Source: a virus. Taken from it: DNA of 51,905 nucleotides. Where the stretch lies: IMG/VR virus record IMGVR_UViG_3300017963_000332, positions 1 through 51,905 of that record, one strand, 5' to 3'. Position 1 is the stretch's first letter. Each line of letters begins with the position of its first letter. Shown piece by piece: positions 45,690-51,905 of this stretch. Below the pieces are notes generated by a model that made no database searches, was not told where the DNA came from, and saw only the letters and a program-made list of their open reading frames with translations. A program made the position numbers and the translations under genes.

Positions 45690-46007
45690 TTATTTTTTGA
45701 CGTGGAATGTCGTCGAGACAGGCAGGGGCTCTCCTTTCGCTACTGCGCGTCTTATTTTGTCAAGCTTGGTTACTTTCTCAACTAACTTCTTACGTTTGTG
45801 GTTGCGTACCCACTCTCTTTGCTTTGCTTTCTTTTCCATTTTAGCGCGTTGCTCTCGTCTACGTCGGTACTTGTCACGGTTTAGCTTGATACATCTAGCG
45901 CACTGCACACACCCTTCCTTTACATATGCGCGTAAGCACTGTGTACATATGCCTTTGGTCTTGGCGTAATCAGTTATAACGCGTCGGATTTTGTTTATTT
46001 TGGGCAT
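45690..46007 (-). CDS. Basic zinc-ribbon protein (105 aa)
   Basis: ATG 46007 sits 7 nt after AAGGAGG. Contains CTQC...CVQCARC and an Arg/Lys-rich C-terminal half. Confidence 0.55.
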   Translation of the reverse strand: MPKINKIRRVITDYAKTKGICTQCLRAYVKEGCVQCARCIKLNRDKYRRRREQRAKMEKKAKQREWVRNHKRKKLVEKVTKLDKIRRAVAKGEPLPVSTTFHVKK

Positions 46008-46125
46008 CTTCAAGCCTCCTTACACGTTCTTCAAGGTTATTTAAGCGTTCTCCCATCTGTGCAAATACCTCAATGACCTTCTCTAACATATCCCCTATGC
46101 GCTTATGTGCGTCTATTATGCTCAT
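45970..46125 (-). CDS. Possible small coiled-coil protein (51 aa)
   Basis: ATGA coupling to the upstream gene. Overlaps the next gene by 38 nt. Hand translated. Confidence 0.35.
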   Translation of the reverse strand: MSIIDAHKRIGDMLEKVIEVFAQMGERLNNLEERVRRLEDAQNKQNPTRYN

Positions 46126-46331
46126 TCTATACCCCTTTCGCGATCACGTAGCTCTTCATAATCGGTGTACTGGCAGTCCGATAACATAACGACCGTGTCG
46201 CGTATCTCATCAGGACACTCTTCTTCCTGACACCGTTCGATAGCCTTTTCACAAGCTGTATCTTCATCATCTGCTTCGACCTCATAACGTACTGTGTTCT
46301 CAAACATAACCTTTATGTCATAGACTGCCAT
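46122..46331 (-). CDS. Small, highly acidic Cys-containing protein (69 aa)
   Basis: ATG follows CAGGAGGTG. Contains EADDEDTACEKAIERCQEEECPDE. Confidence 0.55.
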   Translation of the reverse strand: MAVYDIKVMFENTVRYEVEADDEDTACEKAIERCQEEECPDEIRDTVVMLSDCQYTDYEELRDRERGIE

Positions 46332-46345
46332 AGTACACCTCCTGT

Positions 46346-46897
46346 TTAACCCTTGCTACAAACAACTACACGGGTTTCTACGGTTTGTATATCACAAGTG
46401 TAAGCATCAGCACTCACACTCCTTATGAGACTTGCCACGTCTCCCTCTGCGTCAGTTAATCCTAACACGTTCGTCTTTTTACGCAAGTCGTTATCTGCAG
46501 GTGTGATATCCTTCTTTGTGCGTTGGAACTTCCCTGCACTCTTGCCATTACGTAAAGTGATATACCTAAACGTCACTTTACTAGGGTCAGCACCGATTGC
46601 CTTACATATAAGACGCGTGTTGCGCTTAATTGTTTCAGGCGTTGTTTGGTCAAACGTAATCGCGCCGCGAAAGTCTACTTCACGTTCGGAATACATTGAC
46701 ATACCTAATCGTTTCAGCTTATTAGGTATCGGCAAACGCTTTCTGTTAGAGTAATGATTGATGTCTAACTGCGCGCCAATGATTTCTACCTTCTTTGGTA
46801 ACGCGTCAAGCACCTCATTGACTAGCACACCATCAAGGCAGTACTGCGTTTTAGCTACTTCTTTCTTCGCCAACTTCTTTGTTCCCGTTTTTCCCAT
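46346..46897 (-). CDS. Hypothetical protein (183 aa)
   Basis: ATG follows AAGGAGGAAACAA. Confidence 0.6.
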   Translation of the reverse strand: MGKTGTKKLAKKEVAKTQYCLDGVLVNEVLDALPKKVEIIGAQLDINHYSNRKRLPIPNKLKRLGMSMYSEREVDFRGAITFDQTTPETIKRNTRLICKAIGADPSKVTFRYITLRNGKSAGKFQRTKKDITPADNDLRKKTNVLGLTDAEGDVASLIRSVSADAYTCDIQTVETRVVVCSKG

Positions 46898-47096
46898 TTG
46901 TTTCCTCCTTTTCTACGTACAACTCGGTTAGGTGCGCGACTGTGTGCTTTAACTGTACCTTCGTGCCACAATCGTCGCACTCGTGAATCGTGATTAAGTC
47001 TAGGTCGTTGCCTACGTCGATAATTGAGTGACAATCAGGACACTCTATCGACGACGTATCTACATACGTGTCTACATAAACCCATTGAACTCGCAT
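46851..47096 (-). CDS. Zinc-ribbon protein (81 aa)
   Basis: Contains CPDCHS...CDDCG. Confidence 0.5.
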   Translation of the reverse strand: MRVQWVYVDTYVDTSSIECPDCHSIIDVGNDLDLITIHECDDCGTKVQLKHTVAHLTELYVEKEETNGKNGNKEVGEERSS

Positions 47097-47115
47097 AAGC
47101 TGTGTCCTCTCTAAA

Positions 47116-47171
47116 GGCAGAACGCGCTACCCAAAGGGGTTTCTGAAAGAGTAGCGCGTAAGTGTTCTGCC
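47116..47171 (-). terminator. Compound GC-rich hairpin between the HTH gene and the next gene
   Basis: GGCAGAAC-GCGCTAC pairs with GTAGCGC-(6-nt bulge)-GTTCTGCC. On the minus-strand RNA it is followed by UUUAGAGAGGA. Confidence 0.4.
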
Positions 47172-47177
47172 ATACGT

Positions 47178-47393
47178 TTATACAACCCCTTTGGCACGTA
47201 ACAAACTTCTTGATACACGGCAAGGTCTAAACCAACCTAGTTCCCAACGTTTGACACTCATTAAACCAACGTCAAGCCAGTCAGCATATTCCTGACGTGT
47301 CATACCACGTTCACGTCTATCGTTGCGAACAGCCTCACGCCAGTTTATCTGTCTTGCTAGTTGTCGGTTTAGTGTTGATGTATTCCACGACAT
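47178..47393 (-). CDS. XRE-like helix-turn-helix regulator (71 aa)
   Basis: ATG follows AAAGGAGGAACGCG. The HTH segment is MTRQEYADWLDVGLMSVKRWELG. Confidence 0.6.
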   Translation of the reverse strand: MSWNTSTLNRQLARQINWREAVRNDRRERGMTRQEYADWLDVGLMSVKRWELGWFRPCRVSRSLLRAKGVV

Positions 47394-47574
47394 CGCGTTC
47401 CTCCTTTCCTGAAGTATCGACCACGTCGAACGAGAACACTTCTCCTTCCGTCGGGTCTAGGGTTTGGATAGAGTTCTTGAAGATACGCGTTGCTTCTTCT
47501 TCGCTAGACGCTTCAATGAACTCCTCATAATGCAAGTACTCCTCATAGTTAACGCGAAACAGCTTCACACTCAC
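47335..47574 (-). CDS. Small acidic protein (about 77-79 aa)
   Basis: GTG start. The second GTG at 47568 has better spacing from AGGAGG. Confidence 0.5.
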   Translation of the reverse strand: MSVKLFRVNYEEYLHYEEFIEASSEEEATRIFKNSIQTLDPTEGEVFSFDVVDTSGKEERDVVEYINTKPTTSKTDKLA

Positions 47575-48064
47575 CTCCTATGTTGTATTTACGCACGAGA
47601 AAGTCGCCCAAGTTATTCTCACGTTGTGCTGCGTAACGCGCGTAGGAACTCAATGGCTTTCGCCGTAGTACCTGTAATTTATCTTCCCACATATCTCCGT
47701 CTATCTGCGTGTCAATGTAGTAATGCTCATAGACAACATCATCAATGCTCTTACACGCAGCCCAACCACGCACATATCTGCGAACTTTGTTAGGCTTGTA
47801 CAACGCTGTTCCGTCGTGAAACGCCCTGAATATCCAATCAGGTACAGTGTCACGTTGCCACCTAGCTCTTCTTGACTGATACGCAACCATCTCATACCCG
47901 ATACAAGGTCTATTCCAGTACTGCTGGTCATCTGTATGAGGCTCGTACATACGCCCAAACGTAAGTTTACCTTGTGTCCTCGCCCAGTAACTAACGTGGG
48001 TTTGAGTAATGATACGTTTCTCTAACAAGTTTGCGTAACTAAAGTTTCCTCTGTTAGTCGGCAT
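47549..48064 (-). CDS. Hypothetical Trp/Tyr/Arg-rich protein (171 aa), last coupled gene after the JAB gene
   Basis: ATG follows GAAAGGAGGGTGGT. Overlaps the JAB gene end by 11 nt. Confidence 0.6.
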   Translation of the reverse strand: MPTNRGNFSYANLLEKRIITQTHVSYWARTQGKLTFGRMYEPHTDDQQYWNRPCIGYEMVAYQSRRARWQRDTVPDWIFRAFHDGTALYKPNKVRRYVRGWAACKSIDDVVYEHYYIDTQIDGDMWEDKLQVLRRKPLSSYARYAAQRENNLGDFLVRKYNIGGECEAVSR

Positions 48065-48728
48065 ACCACCCTCCTTTCTCTAGGTCAAACGCGTGCTTCT
48101 TACGTTTACCTTTGAAAGCACTTTCTACTAATCCACCCGTACAGAAGTTGCTGTTATGTCCGAAGTTGCTGTTATGTCCATAGCCACCAAAGTACTGGTA
48201 CGTTGTCTTCTCAATGTTCTTGACACCACGTACGTTCTCGACGGGTTGAATAACAGGCAAGTCACGTACTATATCAGCGTCGAGAAACTTAACCATACCA
48301 CACGGCAAAGTAGTTGCTCGCACACCTACAAAGTCACCATCATTGTTAACGACAATGTTGTTCTTTATAGGTGATGTGTTCGCGCAGTCGTGGTCAGTCG
48401 TGCTGAAGTATGCTTTCATACTTCCGTGTGAGTGAACGCCTATCACGATACCCATACTGCGTATCCGTTCTAGGTCAAAGCACTCGTTGTTCGTTACTGA
48501 AGCAGTTGATACCTCTTGCTTGGGTATGTAGTAGTCGTTTGCGTAGACCACGTTACCTTCGCGTTCCTCGCCTATGAGTAACATCTGCCACTCGCTCTGT
48601 ACATCTTCACAGAGCTTGTCAATAACGGCAAATATCTCGTCGGAGAGTATGAACGTAGCACGTGTATCTTCGCAGTAACTGCACTCATCTGCTTCGTCTA
48701 CCTTCTTGTTGTTAGACCAAGTAGTCAT
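48054..48728 (-). CDS. JAB/MPN (JAMM) metalloprotease (224 aa)
   Basis: Exact JAMM signature HSHGSMKAYFSTTD (H-x-H-x7-S-x2-D) with an upstream SEWQMLLIGEE glutamate. ATG 48728 sits 8 nt after AAGGAGG; the track start 48737 is a GTG inside the RBS. Confidence 0.8.
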   Translation of the reverse strand: MTTWSNNKKVDEADECSYCEDTRATFILSDEIFAVIDKLCEDVQSEWQMLLIGEEREGNVVYANDYYIPKQEVSTASVTNNECFDLERIRSMGIVIGVHSHGSMKAYFSTTDHDCANTSPIKNNIVVNNDGDFVGVRATTLPCGMVKFLDADIVRDLPVIQPVENVRGVKNIEKTTYQYFGGYGHNSNFGHNSNFCTGGLVESAFKGKRKKHAFDLEKGGWYAD

Positions 48729-48729
48729 A

Positions 48730-49443
48730 TTATGCACCTCCTTGCGTTAGTAATTGTTTGACGTCTACGTTCACGTCTTTAGCGCCTAGATACGCGCTGA
48801 ATATACCAAACCCTGCAGCGAGTGCAGAGCTTACTGCGTTAGCATTAGTTTGACGATATCCGGGTGTATACGTGTCAGGCAACTGCCACGTGTTCATATC
48901 AGGATAGCTACCCACCTTGAAGCCGTCGTAACCCATCTTCCTATACCTAATGCTTTGTACGTTCCTATCACAACGCATTTTAGCAACATACGCGCTTATC
49001 TTCTGCTGGATACGTGCGTCATCAGTTGTATCCCATACGTTAAGCGTGTATCTATCGGATGAGTAATAGTACGTCCTATTGTTCGCTGTCAGCTTGTTAG
49101 AAAACTCTCCAAGCAAGCCTAGCGTGTCTTCTGTTATGTGCGTTGTCATACACGTTACAATGGTGTCAGGTCGCATAGTTCTTATAAGCCTACGTAACGC
49201 GACTGCTTTGTTGATACCTATCCACGTTTGTGGAACTGGTAGACGTGACAGATTAGAAGCATCTATCTTATCCCCGTCCATAAGCACTAGGTAACGCGCT
49301 TGTATCATCACAAGCATAACGCCTAGCCAGAAGCCTATACCACCACACCCGATAATAATGTGTCGTTCGTGTTCTTGATTAAGTCCAAGCTCTTGCGCCA
49401 TCAACGCCTGTCGGCTCTCATCTACGAGTGTTATACGCTCCAT
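48730..49443 (-). CDS. ThiF/MoeB/E1-like adenylyltransferase (237 aa)
   Basis: HIIIGCGGIGFWLG Rossmann motif, LVLMDGDKIDASNLSRL, IGINKAVA and VWDTTDDARIQ match conserved blocks of the E1 adenylation domain. Confidence 0.8.
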   Translation of the reverse strand: MERITLVDESRQALMAQELGLNQEHERHIIIGCGGIGFWLGVMLVMIQARYLVLMDGDKIDASNLSRLPVPQTWIGINKAVALRRLIRTMRPDTIVTCMTTHITEDTLGLLGEFSNKLTANNRTYYYSSDRYTLNVWDTTDDARIQQKISAYVAKMRCDRNVQSIRYRKMGYDGFKVGSYPDMNTWQLPDTYTPGYRQTNANAVSSALAAGFGIFSAYLGAKDVNVDVKQLLTQGGA

Positions 49444-50204
49444 ACGTTATCACTCCTTTCATTTATGCTAATGATTTTATCACGCGTATACAAACTGCGT
49501 AATGGGTAATCCATATCTCCTATGTGTACTGTTTGATTAGCAGGACTCATAAGGTTTACCCTATTCATCTCACGTTCCAAGTCTTCATCTGACAAGCGCC
49601 AGAACGCTTCACCTGTGCTGTTACCTGTACACACATCACCACTACCAAATGTGTGAAACGTGCGAAACAACGGCGTAAACAGCTTCTTGGTACGTGAGCA
49701 GTAGCCTACCAGTAGAGGTATGCTGAAGGAAGGCTTGATGTTAACGTGTAGCGTGCCACGTGGCAATTCCATTACGTTATCAACCACTTCTCTGAAGTAC
49801 TCACGCACACCTTGAACTTGATTAGGCGAGTACGTGATAACGCGCAGTTCTAGGAAGTAGCCGTTGTGTTCCATAACAGGCTTACCGAACAAGCGTTGTG
49901 GTATTGTGATAGCGCCACGTCCGTCAAAGCTACGCACGTGTTCTATCTGTTTGTGCCAGTCCTCTTGCGCGTCACTTACAATGCCCTTGTTAAGCTGATC
50001 AACGTGTCGCGCGTGTCTTTGCTCGTACAACTCTTTAAGTTCTTCATTGATGTCAATGCTCTTTGCTTCAATGCGTTTGATCGCGTAATACGTGTCACCG
50101 ATACGCATTATGTCGGTGTTCACGTCATACATCTCGGATTTCACTTTATCTTTCACGTGCAAACCCCTTTCGTTAGCCCCTAGGCTGAAACCTGTACATA
50201 TCAT
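49431..50204 (-). CDS. Candidate E2 (UBC)-like protein (257 aa, or 241 aa from GTG 50156)
   Basis: LFTPLFRTFHTFGSGDVCTGNSTGEAFW resembles the UBC active-site loop (HPN..G.IC....W). Overlaps the E1-like gene by 13 nt. GTG 50156 has a GAAAGGGG RBS. Confidence 0.4.
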   Translation of the reverse strand: MICTGFSLGANERGLHVKDKVKSEMYDVNTDIMRIGDTYYAIKRIEAKSIDINEELKELYEQRHARHVDQLNKGIVSDAQEDWHKQIEHVRSFDGRGAITIPQRLFGKPVMEHNGYFLELRVITYSPNQVQGVREYFREVVDNVMELPRGTLHVNIKPSFSIPLLVGYCSRTKKLFTPLFRTFHTFGSGDVCTGNSTGEAFWRLSDEDLEREMNRVNLMSPANQTVHIGDMDYPLRSLYTRDKIISINERSDNVWSV

Positions 50205-50257
50205 ATCAGCTTTAGGCTACGCTTCGGTGAATAGCCTCGGTACGTAGGGTATGTGTT

Positions 50258-50713
50258 TTACCTGCAGTTAACTAACGCGTGTGCGTGTTCGTTCAGCACG
50301 AACCAAGTGTCCACACCAGCTTGGTCAAGTGCTGCACTTACGCGCAACGTGTTCAAGTTAACCTGATCAGGTAGGTCTTCCAGTTTACCCACAACGTTCC
50401 CGTTGTAGTACACCTTGAAGCTGTTACCTATGCCCTGCTCTTCGGCTTGACGTGCTATCCAAGCCCCTGCCTCTGCGCGAGAGACCGTGTTGTTACTGGG
50501 TAATGAACTTGTGTCAAATGTGTTCATTGTGTCACCCCTTTCTTGTGTTACGCTCCCAGCGTATCGCTGGTCACGTTGTGTGTTAACACACGTGTCACCA
50601 CCCTCTGTGATGACAATATCTTGCTTGTCAAACAGCTTGCCACAGTCAGTACACTCATACTGCGTGCCTGTATGGTCTAGCTCTAGGATAAAATGCTCAC
50701 ACGTATCACTCAT
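50258..50713 (-). CDS. Zinc-ribbon N-terminus plus candidate ubiquitin-like (beta-grasp) C-terminal half (151 aa)
   Basis: GGAGGTG RBS at 50713. Internal ATG 50527 has its own AGAAAGGGGTG RBS. FKVYYNGNVVGKLEDLPDQVNLNTLRVSAALDQAG resembles the ThiS/MoaD-like C-terminus and is followed by an 18-aa tail. Confidence 0.3.
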   Translation of the reverse strand: MSDTCEHFILELDHTGTQYECTDCGKLFDKQDIVITEGGDTCVNTQRDQRYAGSVTQERGDTMNTFDTSSLPSNNTVSRAEAGAWIARQAEEQGIGNSFKVYYNGNVVGKLEDLPDQVNLNTLRVSAALDQAGVDTWFVLNEHAHALVNCR

Positions 50714-50772
50714 CTACGATCACCTCCTCCCGTGATTTATTATATCTCTCTCCCTCCCGTATATATAAGGAA

Positions 50773-50805
50773 AGGCACTCACCTACACAACGTAGGCAAG
50801 TGCCT
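50773..50805 (-). terminator. Hairpin with a 14-bp stem, 5 nt after the stop of 50810..51001
   Basis: The minus-strand RNA AGGCACUUGCCUAC-GUUGU-GUAGGUGAGUGCCU forms the stem with two G-U pairs. UUUCCUUAUAUA follows. Confidence 0.45.
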
Positions 50806-50809
50806 CGTG

Positions 50810-51001
50810 TTAGCCACAATTAGCAAACGTGAACGTATCGGTCTTTAGTATACGTCGTTCTATCTCGGTACTGCGTAATGAAAACGCGTGGTCACGTGTA
50901 AAGCGAACAGCATCACGTATCTCGTTAAATCTAACCTCGTGATAATCGCCGTACTCGTCATAATGCGTGGAATATCTGACAACGATAACACTTTTGAACA
51001 T
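50810..51001 (-). CDS. Small early protein ending in Gly (63 aa)
   Basis: ATG follows GGGAGAAAATC. The C-terminus is ...TFTFANCG. Alternating beta/alpha/beta-like pattern. Confidence 0.5.
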   Translation of the reverse strand: MFKSVIVVRYSTHYDEYGDYHEVRFNEIRDAVRFTRDHAFSLRSTEIERRILKTDTFTFANCG

Positions 51002-51026
51002 GATTTTCTCCCACGTGTAGTAAGTT

Positions 51027-51066
51027 AAAAAAAAACAAGTGCAAGGTGGACTATGCCACCTTGCAC
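51027..51066 (-). terminator. Rho-independent terminator (minus strand)
   Basis: An 11-bp stem GTGCAAGGTGG/CCACCTTGCAC with a 6-nt loop, followed on the minus strand by UUG-U9. Lies 10 nt after the stop of 51077..51385. Confidence 0.75.
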
Positions 51067-51075
51067 GTGTTACGT
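51066..51075 (-). promoter_or_regulatory. ACGTAACACG box (site C, minus orientation, tandem with a second GTAACACG)
   Basis: Plus strand CACGTGTTACGTGTTACTG is CAGTAACACGTAACACGTG on the minus strand. Confidence 0.5.
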
Positions 51076-51076
51076 G

Positions 51077-51385
51077 TTACTGCCTCGGCTTTACGAACAT
51101 TGTTAGCGCCATACGTACGCGATGTAATACTTCGCCTTTCGCGTTTTTAATCGAGCCACGTGGAAACGTCAAAATCGCATATAGTTCTTTGCCTGACTTT
51201 GTACTGACGCCCTCATTGAGCAGTTCTTCGAGCTTCGCCACAATACTCGCGTCTATCATTGATAGGTCAAATGTGGCGCGTGTTCCGTTCTGCTCATCTT
51301 CGCGTGGGAAAGTATAATTATTGACCTTCGCCTCGCTTTTGGTGGCTGTTTCGGGTACAGCCGTCATCTGTGAAAGTTTTAACAT
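51077..51385 (-). CDS. First early protein of the leftward arm (102 aa)
   Basis: ATG 51385 follows GAAAGGGGTTTCTG. Lies between the promoter and a strong terminator. Confidence 0.6.
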   Translation of the reverse strand: MLKLSQMTAVPETATKSEAKVNNYTFPREDEQNGTRATFDLSMIDASIVAKLEELLNEGVSTKSGKELYAILTFPRGSIKNAKGEVLHRVRMALTMFVKPRQ

Positions 51386-51456
51386 CAGAAACCCCTTTCG
51401 TATATACGCTTTATAGGCGCGTATTAAGCCAATGCTGGATTTTTTCCAGCCCCCAA

Positions 51457-51485
51457 AGTATGCCACAAGGCGCAAAATTTGTCAA
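51457..51485 (-). promoter_or_regulatory. Sigma70-type promoter for the leftward early arm
   Basis: Minus strand reads TTGACA (51485-51480), a 17-bp spacer, then CATACT (51462-51457). Confidence 0.55.
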
Positions 51486-51580
51486 GCAAAATGCCGTAAA
51501 TCGTTGTGGCGCAACAGCTTACGAAATGCTCAAAACGGCACAAAACAAAATCTTGCCCAACCGACAGATGGACTGTCCCG

Positions 51581-51616
51581 GACACACCCGGACAAACCCT
51601 GACAAACCCTGACACC
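51581..51616 (+). repeat. 10-bp iteron array GACA(C/A)ACCC(G/T), about 3.6 copies
   Basis: GACACACCCG GACAAACCCT GACAAACCCT GACACC read directly, with one helical turn between copies. Confidence 0.75.
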
Positions 51617-51636
51617 TCGAGTAGTCTTATAATGAT

Positions 51637-51646
51637 ACGTAACACG
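51637..51646 (+). promoter_or_regulatory. ACGTAACACG box (site B)
   Basis: Lies within TACGTAACACGTGACACGTG, immediately before an A14 tract. Confidence 0.5.
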
Positions 51647-51782
51647 TGACACGTGAAAAAAAAAAAAAACGTGTAGAAATTTTCTTACTAAAAAAACTTT
51701 AATCCTAGTAATTATTACGCGCCACGAGAAACGGGGGTAATAATTATTATTAAAACTAAAAAAGAAAAAATTTTTTATATGT

Positions 51783-51905
51783 CTTTTTTTTTTTTTTTCT
51801 TCTCTCCTAGAAATACGCGTAAGTGTATGCGCGCGCGCGTGTTACGTGAAACGTGCCACACCCCCCACCTATTAGAACTCGTAAGCCGTGACCCGTAGCG
51901 TTGTC
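51783..51905. repeat. Terminal direct repeat, copy 2
   Basis: Exact copy of bases 1-123. Confidence 0.95.

Noticed and set aside
47035-47223. 62-aa minus-strand ORF spanning the 47097..47177 gap
   Set aside because: It overlaps both flanking genes and runs through the compound hairpin. It has no RBS, so the region is better explained as an intergenic structure.
51628-51633. Perfect TATAAT hexamer on the plus strand after the iterons
   Set aside because: No acceptable -35 lies at 16-18 bp. The CTGACA elements sit at 13 or 23 bp, and no plus-strand gene follows within about 500 bp on the circular map.
1-51905. Lysogeny module (integrase, CI-like repressor, att site) or CRISPR array or tRNA genes
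   Set aside because: No tyrosine or serine recombinase-sized ORF or motif was seen. Only small HTH proteins are present, and no spaced repeat array or cloverleaf candidates were seen. The tRNA absence rests on visual inspection only.

Overview
This window is one complete tailed dsDNA phage genome. Bases 1-123 recur exactly at 51783-51905, so the unique unit is 51,782 bp. The repeat reflects either a direct terminal repeat or a circular or permuted assembly. A roughly 0.9 kb AT-rich control region spans the window junction and carries divergent sigma70-like promoters, a repeated 10-mer and a 10-bp iteron array. Two gene arms leave this region and converge at about 36.5 kb. The rightward (+) arm (383..36511) holds a GroES-like co-chaperonin, an HTH protein, small and large terminase, portal, scaffold and an HK97-type major capsid protein. 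It continues with several fibre or receptor-binding proteins, a holin/lipoprotein membrane cluster, putative adaptor and nozzle proteins, and a run of putative internal virion proteins ending in a 2267-aa giant. The leftward (-) arm (51385..36465) holds early and replication genes: family A DNA polymerase, a DnaG-type primase followed by an MCM-like AAA+ helicase, a putative SSB with an acidic tail, SNF2 helicase, VRR-NUC nuclease, a DUF1508-like protein and an XRE-like HTH. No integrase, tail tube, sheath or tRNA was recognised, so I infer a lytic, podovirus-like phage using host RNA polymerase. Strong AGGAGG-type ribosome-binding sites point to a bacterial host. The most interesting feature is an early four-gene cassette at 48054..50713 with clear ThiF/E1-like and JAB/JAMM signatures. 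These are preceded by a candidate E2-like protein and a candidate ubiquitin-like protein, suggesting a phage-borne ubiquitin-like conjugation and deconjugation system. All calls rest on reading motifs by eye; no database search was run.
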